The position numbers and the translations under genes are program-made. Under the pieces are notes generated by a model. It worked only from the letters and a program-made list of their open reading frames with translations. It was not told where the DNA came from and did not search any database. A DNA stretch of 62,466 nucleotides, counting the filler, from Dugesia japonica (lineage: Eukaryota): assembly GCA_001938525.1 (NCBI GenBank). It is 4 parts of 4 records of this genome, joined end to end, with 100 filler letters (N's around TTAATTAATTAA, not from the genome) between each part and the next. Parts side by side here need not be neighbours in the genome. Positions count along the whole stretch, not along the records: positions 1 to 18,470 come from MQRL01630322.1; 3 more parts are not named here. One strand, given 5' to 3'. The stretch's first letter is position 1; every line of letters starts with the position of its first letter. Below, piece after piece: positions 1-10,141 of this stretch.

Positions 1-676
1 TTGTTTTAAGAAAACATGCGTTGCTATTGATGAAATTCTGCATGATTTGGTTTTGGAACTACAAATGGAGCTCGTAGTTAACAGAAAAAAGACTCACTAT
101 GAGTTTCTAAAGAAATACATATTCGCAGCAGATAAAGAATACGAAAAATAGTTGTTTTGTTTTAATAATAAATGTTATTTTNNNNNNNNNNNNNNNNNNN
201 NNNNNNNNNNNNNNNNNNNNAGATTTTATAAGTAGAAAATAAAAATATGTAAAAATATTAGTTAATGCAATAGGATTGCAGCAAAGATGCAACATATATT
301 CTCATGAAATCACATGCCTGGTAATTTTTTAAACTTCTAAAATCCTTAAAATATACTAAAAATATTAATATTGCAATAAGGATGTAACTCAGGTGCAACA
401 TATGAGCAACAGACATTAGCACAGAGATTATAATTATAAAAGTTCCACTAATGAAATTTTTTTAAAAAGTTCCACTGTAATGAATTATTTTTATAAAAAG
501 TTACACGCTAATGATTACCTTTTACACTTTATGATTTTTCCTTAAAAAACAAAGAATTTCCTCTTTGAATACTTTATCATAATATAAATGAACTCAGCTC
601 TTCGTATATTTTAAAATAAAAATATTCAAAAATATTCTATTGGTATTTTTTATAAGTATTAAATAAATATACTTAA

Positions 677-1191
677 TGTTAGGAGAGTTTGGAAAACTCA
701 TCGAATCATTAACATCAGAATTCAAATCCATAAATTTATTAAACTAAAAATACACACATCATTACTTGTCTAAACAATTAAATTAAAATCCATGCTCTAA
801 TTGGAAATTATTTATCACAAATTTAAAAGTCTAGATTTAAAACTTAACACACATATATAATAACACATCCTTTTAAAATTTTCATAAAATTTTAAAACAA
901 AAAAAAATGATCATTTTTACCAAAATTTAAAAAAAAATGATCATTTGTAATAATATATCCTTTAAAATTTTCACAAAAACTTTCATAAAATTTTCAAAAC
1001 AAAATCACTTACTATTAAATTATTTTAAAATCTCCTGAACTTTCAAAACAAAATTGTCATTTACAAAAATTTTAATTTATTTTAATTTCTTAATAATTTT
1101 TGTGATTTTGAATTTTTTAAAAAAGATGTTTGAAAACACAATTTCCAACTAGAGCACAAAAAATTTTTAACTCGCTTCTAAACTACTCACA
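677..1191 (-). repeat. 3' LTR of Gypsy element 1
   Basis: On the minus strand it starts TGTGAGTAGTTT after a purine-rich PPT (AAAAGGTGGA) and ends AAACTCTCCTAACA. The first ~22 nt recur at 3552-3574, and related LTRs occur at 23151, 33.6-34.5 kb and 49.0-49.4 kb. Confidence 0.85.
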
Positions 1192-3574
1192 TCCACCTTT
1201 TAAGATATTTTTTGATCTTCTCTACGCTACTTTCGAGACATTTTCCGTTTGTATCTTCCAGGATGTAGAGTCTGTCATGAACCTTCATTTTGATCTTATA
1301 GGGTGATTCATAACGATTTTGATTCTTTTTTCAGCTTCCACTAATACCTCATCACCGACCTCGAATTGTCTTTTGGTTAATATTTCGTCCTCTTGTTCTT
1401 TGTTCTTCATACCATTTTTCTCTGCTGATTCGCTTCCAAAAATGCGATTTCAGCAGNACTTTTCCCGATAGTTTTCCGTTTTGTAGCGTTTAAAGTAAGT
1501 TCTATCTCTAGCAATACAATCGCCTAGTCTGAGGTTTTCCTTTCTTTACATGTTGCATAAATCATATTCCACATAGTTCTAAACTGTCTCTCGATATGTT
1601 CATTTGTGTTATGATGATATGGTTTCAAAAACCCGAGGATAATGCCATGTTCAGCTGCAAAATCTTTCATTGATTTAGACTCAAATGCTTTTCCACAATC
1701 AACTCGAATTTCACTCGGACACCCGTACTTTAATATCCACTTCTCCATTATTGCTTTTCGTGTGGTATCTTCATCCTGTCTTGTCATTGCTATCAAGGCT
1801 ACATACTAACTGCATTGATCTATTATACTGAGAACATATTTTTTTTGATCTTTTGTCTCCGGCAGTGGTCCACACATATCTATCAATAACAGTTCAAACA
1901 TTTCGGCTAGCTGCGTCTTTTTTGTTTCTTCTTTCGTTTTTGTTGTCAACAATTTAGTTTTCTTGCATGTGATACAGCTTCGGACAACCTCTTGTACTTT
2001 GCTCCAAAATATTTTCGCGTTATATTTATGCTTCATATACGCTGCTACTTTTTCTGCTCAGGCATGACACAAAAGATGATGTATCCTCATTATAACCTCT
2101 TCTACTTTATCATCAGGTATCCATGTTCCTTCATCATTCTAAGCAAAATTGCCTNGTTTTTCTTGAATATCTACTGTATTTAACATCCTTGTCTTTAATT
2201 TTCCACTTTTGGGATCCCATGTGACATTAGACATTGTGTACATGTACCACATTCATTCCTTGACAAGATATCCGCATTTGTATGAAGCGATCCTTTTCTA
2301 TACTCCAATTTTATATCTAAACTGCTCAAGTAATTAATTCAAGTTTGAAACTGTGATGTGATCACTGTCTTGACATTTAGCATAAAAATTTAGCTTTATG
2401 GTCTGTTCTGAGGATAAATCTCTTGCCGTATAGTGATGTTTGAAATTAATACAAAAGTAGTGAATTGCGAGTAATTCTTTTCGCGTAGTACAATATCCTT
2501 GTCATTGCTTGTNACCCATATGCAATTACTCTTTCTTGTCCATTGTTGTTCCTTGGAGATAGTACTGGACCAATCGTGTCGAAACTCGCATCCGTTACCA
2601 AAATAAATTCTTTATTTATATCTGGAAAACTTAATATTGGAGACATCATTAGTGCTTCTTTCATTCCATTAAAAACTTCTTCTAATTCATTCGCCCATTC
2701 GATTTTCTTGTTATTTGGCCCACTACACAGTTGTTCCAGTAATCTAGCTTTTATCGAATAATCTTTAATAAACTTGCGATAGTAATTGCGAATTCTCAAA
2801 AAGCTTCTCATTTTCTTAACGCATTTTGGTTTACCACAGTTCTTAATTGCTTCTATTTTAGTTGGATCTGTTTTGACACCTTCTTTACTGATAACGTGTC
2901 CCAAAAATTTGATCTCTTTTCGCATAAATTAACTCTTAGACCAGCCTTCTTAATTTCTGAAAATGCTTTATTGATTATTTCATAGTATTGCTCCTTTGTT
3001 TCGGTAAATATGAGAATATCATCTAGATAAGACATCGCTCTTTTTATTTTACTTTATTCATTATTTCCTGGAACGTACCTGGTGCTGCTGCAATTTCAAA
3101 AGGCATTCTATTGAAACAAAATTGTCCTTGTTTGATCGGAAAAGCCGTCTTTTCTTGAGAATCTTCACTGAGTTCCACTTGGTAGTATGTATTTCCCAAG
3201 TCTATTGAGCTAAAATACTGCGTACCTTCCAAATCATCTAGATTTTCGTCCACATTTGGCATATGAAACGTCTTTCTATTATTGCATTGAGCTGTCCAAA
3301 GTCTAAGCATAATCGTATATCCTTTTCCAAACACAGATTAATGGCGTATTCAATTGCGAATTACACTTCCGGATGATACTATCATCAAATATATTCTTGA
3401 TGGCCTCTTCAATCTTCTTCTCTAGATTCATTGGTTGGCAATACGGTTTTATTTTGATTGGACGTCTTTTTGTGATTATTCGATGCTTTGTTAAGTGTGT
3501 ACATCCAATGTTCCATTTATCCGCCATAAATACATCCTCATTATTCTGAATAACTCGTTTCAAAACTACTCACA
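677..3574 (-). mobile_element. Ty3/Gypsy LTR retrotransposon, decayed and internally deleted (RT, RNase H, integrase and 3' LTR retained)
   Basis: Frameshifted pol fragments: RT (YFSSIDLGNTYYQV, KTAF, RMPF, SYLDDILIF), RNase H (FILVTDAS, ERVIAYG), integrase (LIDMCGPLP, IRVDCGKAF, PYHHNTNEHIERQFRT). Ends are TG/CA; flanks CTTAA (672-676) and CTTAC (3575-3579) form a near-perfect 5-bp TSD. Confidence 0.92.
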
Positions 3575-3657
3575 CTTACAATAGGGTTGCAACATAATTG
3601 CAACACATTTACACAAAATCATGTGCCTGTAAATTTTTTCAAACTACTAAAATATAC

Positions 3658-3740
3658 AATTGCAATTATTGCGAGAATAATTGTTGGACATAACCATTGA
3701 TCGTTTTACAGAATTCATTTCAAATATTTTAAATGAATTC
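3658..3740 (-). mobile_element. Short Penelope-type pLTR tail insertion with terminal inversion
   Basis: Family motif CAATTGCAATTATTGCGAGAATAATTGTTGGAC; 12-bp direct repeat ACTAAAATATAC on both sides (3646-3657, 3741-3752); small hairpin GAATTCATTT...AAATGAATTC. Confidence 0.65.
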
Positions 3741-5140
3741 ACTAAAATATACTAAAAATACTAATATTGCATTAGAGATGCAACTCAGATGCAACACATG
3801 AGCAACAAACATTATCCAAAATATATGTCTAATAATTTTTAATCTCATAAAACCATTAAAAATATACTTGAAACTCATTTTTTTGTATGCAACACACTCG
3901 TAATCCAGTGGAAATCGTCTCATAATTGTTTAACCCGTTGCAGAAAATATATCAGTTTATTAGTAAGCAATGTGTTGAAATGATTTGATGTAAATGGTAT
4001 ATATATATAATTAATAAATGAATTAATGATAATCTTTATATTTATTTATCTAAATAGTACACTAACTCGACTCGATGACATCATTCACGAACACCCCAAC
4101 TACGATCAAATTAATAATTAAAATTTATGTTTGTGGTGTTACATGCATGTAGGACAAAAAATTGTGTAATAACATGCCATTTCATAATTCGAATTTTAGC
4201 GTAACTATAAATCAAAAAACAAAAAGATACTTCAACACCAGTCNNNNNNNNNNNNNNNNNNNNNNNNNNNNNNNNNNNNNNNNNNNNNNNNNNNNNNNNN
4301 NNNNNNNNNNNNNNNNNNNNNNNNNNNNNNNNNNNNNNNNNNNNNNNNNNNNNNNNNNNNNNNNNNNNNNNNNNNNNNNNNNNNNNNNNNNNNNNNNNNN
4401 NNNTAGTTTTATTAACAGCATCTGGGTGTGTGTGCATCCTATTACTGTATATAGTCAGAACGCACCCACGTAACCAAGCCACCACGTTGCGTGAAAATTC
4501 GAAAGCATAAAATTAGACTAATAACAGTGATATATTTAGGTAAGGATACTCGTTCCTTACTAAGTTTTAGATACGTGACAGATTCAAATAATTGTCACCC
4601 CAATAGTAGTTTTTCCTAACCAGCGGAATATGCAACAGGAATATCATAAAAAGTAGATAATACACTTTGAATGCTACGATCTNGACCGATACAAAAAATT
4701 CAAATTGTGTAATCCTCACACCACAACTATCATCGAGATGCCTACGATCATTGTTGCCATTATTATTATTAATGGGAATCTGCGTATTGGTAATTAACTC
4801 TTCATGATTATGTGTATTCTTTAAACATACTATCAAAATTTTCATTATTATCACTGTGGTTATTATTAATATCATTNNNNNNNNNNNNNNNNNNNNNNNN
4901 NNNNNNNNNNNNNNNNNNNNNNNNNNNNNNNNNNNNNNNNNNNNNNNNNNNNNNNNNNNNNNNNNNNNNNNNNNNNNNNNNNNNNNNNNNNNNNNNNNNN
5001 AATTTTGTTGCTATTATCATTATTTCCGATTATTATGATTATCATTATTATTGGTATTATTAGTAGGCATCATTTTAGACGGTTCCGGAGAACCAACCCC
5101 TGAATGTATTAATTATACATAATTGTTTATCCTTTAGTTA

Positions 5141-5323
5141 ATGCAGGCAGTATTGCGAAACACTCTTCGTTTAGTAAGGAAGCAACGTCAGACCACTCGC
5201 CTCAAGCAGCTGATAGCCCACCGTTTAACAAATGGTAAAATTGAACATCCAGACGAAACAGATCTGCAGTGCTTAGTTGAGATGTTCCTACTAGAGCATA
5301 AAGTGGACCTAGATGAGGAATAA
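5141..5323 (+). CDS. Hypothetical small protein, cassette 1 of GC-richer array (possibly spliced to 27-nt exon 5079-5105)
   Basis: GC-richer open frame preceded by a 32-nt GT..AG segment (5106-5137). No recognisable homology. Confidence 0.35.
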   Translation: MQAVLRNTLRLVRKQRQTTRLKQLIAHRLTNGKIEHPDETDLQCLVEMFLLEHKVDLDEE

Positions 5324-5460
5324 TGACAGGGTTGGGATCGTGCCCCCTTTTTGTGACTAAATTAATATTTTCTTTTGTTTAATGGACTGTTTTTATTTTT
5401 TGATAAATCATCCATGTTAATTAAAGTATTTAGTTTATTAAATTATTAAAATAATTAGAA

Positions 5461-5808
5461 ATGGAATCCATATGGGAACGGGTGGTCGATCGGAGAACTC
5501 ACCGAATAATTTTTAAACGCCACCATAACCCTCATGCTCGGGACGCTGGAACTTTGGTAGATCACTCGAATTTACCTCCTGTAGAGGCCGCAGTAGCTCG
5601 CATGCAGAATTTTGGCGAGAGGTTAAACCACCAGCAATGGAACGGGCCTGTGCGTAATCACACTACCCCATTCCAGCACCAACCTCCGGCTCCACCCCCA
5701 GTCGTGCAAGCATTTATCAGCAATTTACTCTGGGGCGTTAGAGAACCCACCGGGGTTGAGGACTCCGAAAACACGGCTCCAGTAACTGACTCAACTACTG
5801 ACCACTAG
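5461..5808 (+). CDS. Hypothetical 115-aa His/Pro-rich protein, cassette 2
   Basis: ATG-initiated GC-richer ORF within AT-rich spacers; acceptor-like ATAATTAG just upstream; AATAAA ~30 nt after the stop. Confidence 0.5.
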   Translation: MESIWERVVDRRTHRIIFKRHHNPHARDAGTLVDHSNLPPVEAAVARMQNFGERLNHQQWNGPVRNHTTPFQHQPPAPPPVVQAFISNLLWGVREPTGVEDSENTAPVTDSTTDH

Positions 5809-6018
5809 TGGTGCTTATCATTTATTGTTTTATAGAATAAATAATTGTCTCTAGTTTGGTAATAACTCTTTCAGTGTTATTTCATTGTTTTATTAGTGGA
5901 AACTTTCTTTTATTTTTTGGTCAATAATGTTCGATATGCTATCATCATATATAGGAAATACTTTAAGTTCTTACGCAATATTAATTGTCATACCTTTTGT
6001 TAACTTTCGATATTTTAG

Positions 6019-6377
6019 TGCACTCATCTCTGAACAGTACAATCGCTCCGACCAAGAAAGTCCGCGAAACTAGTGAAGATCTTCAAATGACGTGGGACGT
6101 ATGCAAGCTGACGAAACGTCGTTGGGAGGCGGAAATAGCGAACGCCAACAGTAAGGTGAGCCGTTACAAGAGGAAATGTATGGCCTTCAAGTCGGAAGCC
6201 GAGGCATCTCATAAACAGAAGAGAGTCTGGAGGGCCCAATTAGAGTCTTTTACTGAAATTATCCGGTCTTACCAAGACCGTGAGAACAAACTGGTGCAGG
6301 ACATCCATAGATTAAAAACTGCAATGACCCTTGAGCCACTAATATTCGATAAGGGTAGTCAGACGTCACGACCCTGA
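6019..6377 (+). CDS. Hypothetical basic coiled-coil protein exon, cassette 3
   Basis: Open frame after acceptor TATTTTAG (6018); heptad-like charged sequence; AATAAA after the stop. Confidence 0.45.
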
Positions 6378-6501
6378 TGTCCGTTGCTTTTATAAATAAA
6401 TGGTGTTTATTTCTTAATTGAGTTTGGTTTTTCTTGCATACTTTATCTGATTGTCTTTTATAGTGGGAAGTTAAATTTTGTAATGATATATCTTATTTTA
6501 G

Positions 6502-6883
6502 TGCCACGCATTACTTTTCCGAACAGCTTACGAGGGTGTCACCGGATAATGCGCCGCTTGCTCATAGAAAGGCAACTAAAACGTAAAACAGACCGGGCTC
6601 TATTAAAACACTTGACCCAGAGGGATCAGATGACAAAGAAACTAGATCTAATTATAAAAAACAAGTTAATTTGGCTACGCAAACTAAAGCTTTGGAAGAC
6701 CAAACGAATCTATTATTACAGAGGAAGATTGACTTCCTAAAGCAATATATTGCGGATCTCTCCCGTCAATTAGGAAACCCTACATGGGTCCAATGGGATG
6801 ATAATGACGATTCGGCGTCGTTCAATTTTTTAACGACTGATCCGACCCAGTGGTTAGACCCGGGCGCATTGGATCTTATTTAA
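6502..6883 (+). pseudogene. Basic coiled-coil protein with acidic/aromatic tail, one frameshift, cassette 4
   Basis: ORFs 6483-6740 and 6671-6883 join across an A-run near 6660; acceptor TATTTTAG at 6501; AATAAA at 6895. Confidence 0.4.
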
Positions 6884-7585
6884 TCATTGTATAAAATAAA
6901 GTGTACCTTGCTTAACTCTTTCTCACATTTAATCAATTCGGAATAATAGGAGAAATAGTGAACCCAAATCCAAAGGCGTATGGGCGTGCACCTCCCATTA
7001 GGTGAGAGGTCAACCACCATTCGCTGAATACCTAACTTAGGGGCGTTAGGTAAAATTTTTGAAAGGGTTCCCTGAGGGCTGTTTTTCCCCAGCAACTTTT
7101 CCTTCATCCAACTCAGGGGGAACCCCAACAATACAATAGGAGAATATAAAGGATATACAAATGATGTACAATTAAATGATGAAAAATTATATCACGATCA
7201 AAAAGTTAATGCAACCTTCGTATGTGCTACTCCTAAACCTTATCATAATTTATTATATATTGAAAAGAAAGGAAATCGAATTATTCTTAATCAGCATAAA
7301 GAAACAAATTAAACAAATCATGACTATAAAAAAGATTTTGAATTTGGAAAACTAGTTATAGGAGATAAAAATACGAGTGGATTTATTTATGAGTGTTTAT
7401 GTTATGAAACTAGCGGTGGTGAAACAAATAACAGAGATATATACCAACAATTTTTTGGCCTTTATTATGTATAGGCAAGAGTAGCTCGCGATGTTAATAA
7501 TAATAATGAAACAATTATAAAATCAAAGTTTTATTAAATTAAAAAAATATTAAATTTAAAGCATAAAATCTTATTTTTATTAAAA

Positions 7586-8171
7586 ATGGAGAAAAAACAT
7601 GATCGTACTTATCCTGATATAAATGAAGAAGATCAATTTAATCGAACTGCATCTATAGCTGATTATAAAAATAAATTAAAAACATTAAGAATTAAAGATT
7701 TTGAAAATGATATAACATTCTTAACTGATAAAATAAATCATTATAATAAATTATATAGAAGATGTAAATGTTTGATACAGGCGTAAGATATACAGATATT
7801 TTAATAGGATCTTTATTTGGTGCAGCGGGAATAACAATAACCGTTTTAGCTACAAGTGGTATAGTTATTTTATCTTTAAAATTTATTATTTTTGGTACAT
7901 TTCCTTTAACTAATTCAATTGTTCATGGTTTATTAAATATCGGCCTAATTAAAAGAAGAAATATAATTATTTGATTAAAGAATTAGAAACAAATAAAAAT
8001 AAATTATTTCTTTATCATCAGAAATGTTTACATGATAATATATTAACTGACGAAGAAATAAATACTAGTAAAACTATTGTTAGTGAAATCAAAAATAAAA
8101 TATTAAAGATAAAAACTGATATTGAAGTTAAAGAAGGAAAAGAAATAGATAAAGATAATACTTTTTATTAA
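7586..8171 (+). pseudogene. Small membrane protein of the Polinton-like element (two frameshifts)
   Basis: Three overlapping ORFs join into YPD + coiled-coil, a Gly-rich hydrophobic stretch (ILIGSLFGAAGITITVLATSGIVILSL) and a LHDNILTDEE tail. This layout resembles small TM proteins seen beside invertebrate Polinton PolB genes (from recall, unverified). Confidence 0.5.
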
Positions 8172-8297
8172 CAAAGCTAAAGGAAATGGAATCTTTAATA
8201 AATCAACCTACAGCAAAAGTACGAAAGAAAATAAATTAGAAATAGATTATAATTGCTTAAATTGTATAAAATTGAAAATTAATTTTAAAAATTAAAA

Positions 8298-8537
8298 ATG
8301 GATGAGTTTGTTGAAGAACTAACTAATACTGATGAATTTAAAAATAAAATAAAGGATATATATGATGAAATAAATCAACTATATATAGAGAATAAAGCTG
8401 CTTTAACATTAGAATTTTTTATAAAACAAGAAAAATATATGCATTGTGTTGAAATAATGGGTGACACTATTTATTATTTAGGTAAAGAAAATGATAAATT
8501 AGTTGAAAAGATTGAAGATTTAAATGCTAAAAATTAA
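8298..8537 (+). CDS. Hypothetical 79-aa protein, tandem paralog 1
   Basis: Shares EFxxxIKDxY, KxAL and GDTIYxLGKEND motifs with the ORFs at 8552 and 8807. Confidence 0.7.
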   Translation: MDEFVEELTNTDEFKNKIKDIYDEINQLYIENKAALTLEFFIKQEKYMHCVEIMGDTIYYLGKENDKLVEKIEDLNAKN

Positions 8538-8551
8538 ATATAAAAAAAAAT

Positions 8552-8796
8552 ATGCCAAACGAAATTATTAATTATTTTGCTGATAGTAAAGAATTTAAAG
8601 AAGAAATTAAAGATGATTATATTGCTGTAAAAATTTATCTCATGCAAATAAAGTTGCATTGGCACCGGAATTATTTATTAAATTAAAACAATATGAAGCA
8701 GCTATAAAATTAGCTGGACAAACAATTATTAATTTAGATATTGACAACGAAGCTTTGATTAAAGAAAATAAAAGATTAACTAATCAAATAAATTAA
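8552..8796 (+). pseudogene. Hypothetical ~81-aa protein, tandem paralog 2 (1-nt frameshift near 8630)
   Basis: MPNEIINYFADSKEFKEEIKDDY / LSHANKVALAPELFIKLKQYEAAIKLAGQTIINLDIDNEAL aligns with both neighbours; absent from the ORF track. Confidence 0.65.
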
Positions 8797-8806
8797 TTTT
8801 TAAAAA

Positions 8807-9211
8807 ATGATTGATGATATAATTGAGGAAATTGGTAATAGTCATGAATTTCAAAATAAAATTAAAGATGAATATAATAGAATTCAACAATTATCTATAG
8901 TTAGTAAATCCGCTTTAACTCCTGAAATTTACATAGATTTACGCAAAGTTCAAGAGGCTGAAGAAATCTTAGGCGATACTATTTATGATTTAGGTAAAGA
9001 AAATGATAGTTTAAATATAGAAAATGAGGAATTAATAAAGATGTTAAAAGCTCATGGTAATTTAAATGAAAAAGAAGTAAATGAAATAATAAAAAGAATT
9101 CGAGCTCACTCGAAAAATAATGAAAATTCAAATTCAGATTTAGATGAAAAATCTAATTATATTAAATCTAAAATTAAACGTACTTTAGATAAAACTAAAT
9201 GTATTAAATAA
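8807..9211 (+). CDS. Hypothetical 134-aa protein, tandem paralog 3 with C-terminal extension
   Basis: EFQNKIKDEY...KSALTPE...GDTIYDLGKEND is clearly homologous to 8298-8537. Confidence 0.7.
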   Translation: MIDDIIEEIGNSHEFQNKIKDEYNRIQQLSIVSKSALTPEIYIDLRKVQEAEEILGDTIYDLGKENDSLNIENEELIKMLKAHGNLNEKEVNEIIKRIRAHSKNNENSNSDLDEKSNYIKSKIKRTLDKTKCIK

Positions 9212-9381
9212 TTATTTTTTTATATATATAACAAATATAATAAATATTATGGATAAAATATAATTCAAATCTATTTTTTGTCTATTTTTCTTTTCAACAT
9301 GTAAATTTGCTATTCTTCGCAATTCATTTGTTAAATCAAAAACAAGATTAGTTTCTATTTGCATATTTTATTTTTATCATT

Positions 9382-9735
9382 TTATTTTCCCGTCTGTTTC
9401 GCGTAATAATTTTTCACTATTTGCGCACCTAAATTAGTTGGTTTATTATTATTATTTTCTCGATCGTTATTTATTTTTAGATTTATTGGTGTATATGACG
9501 ATTTAAAATACTTTAATATTTTTGCATCATCGTTTTGAACTCCATTTTGAACTCCATTTTCTGAAAGACGTGGTTTTTTATATAAACACTCATTATTAAA
9601 TAACACTTTATCTGTTAATTCATTATAGCTAATTATTTTACAATTAGTCTTTTCTATATAATCAATAAAATAATTTAACTCTTCTTTATAATATAATTCT
9701 TTTAATAATATAATACTTGACTTTAAATATATCAT
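9382..9735 (-). CDS. Hypothetical protein of the Polinton-like element
   Basis: 117-aa ORF in the minus-strand gene run downstream of PolB; no recognisable motif. Confidence 0.4.
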   Translation of the reverse strand: MIYLKSSIILLKELYYKEELNYFIDYIEKTNCKIISYNELTDKVLFNNECLYKKPRLSENGVQNGVQNDDAKILKYFKSSYTPINLKINNDRENNNNKPTNLGAQIVKNYYAKQTGK

Positions 9736-9976
9736 ATAATTATGATATGTAGTTTTCCTGTTTTACATACTCCTGTACATATTCCTGTTTCAAGCAAAAA
9801 TAAATTTAATAATTGAGGAATAATACGTTTGATTTTGTTATCTGTATTATTTATATATTTTAAGTGAAACAAATATATTTTATTCATAGTTATAAAAATT
9901 TTTCATTGTAATATTTAGTTGGCGGCATTTTTATGAAAAAAATTATTAAAGTCTGTTCATTATTTATAAAAATCTT

Positions 9977-10138
9977 TTATCTATTTTGATACGACTTTAA
10001 AATTATATACTCTTGAATCTTTGTTGTTTTTTCACCATTAATTTTAAAATCTTTTATTATATCTTGAAATTCTTCTTCATTTAAAATACAATAATTTTCA
10101 TTATATTTATTATCTTTATTGTAATAATTTTCATCCAT
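9977..10138 (-). CDS. 53-aa mini-ORF homologous to an insert within pPolB
   Basis: MDENYYNKDNKYNENYCILNEEEFQDIIKDFKINGEKTTKIQEYIILKSYQNR starts 3 nt after the PolB stop and matches PolB NKYTNEDFEYYKYHDEIEFQNILNDFKIKGENTTKLKE. Confidence 0.55.
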   Translation of the reverse strand: MDENYYNKDNKYNENYCILNEEEFQDIIKDFKINGEKTTKIQEYIILKSYQNR

Positions 10139-10141
10139 TTT

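Noticed and set aside
4056-4500. AGTAC-starting GC-richer segment as the left Polinton TIR
   Set aside because: No complementarity to 14300-15108 and no matching 6-bp TSD.
6880-7131. 83-aa minus-strand ORF
   Set aside because: Non-ATG start, antisense to the cassettes and overlapping the structured terminus; no motif support.
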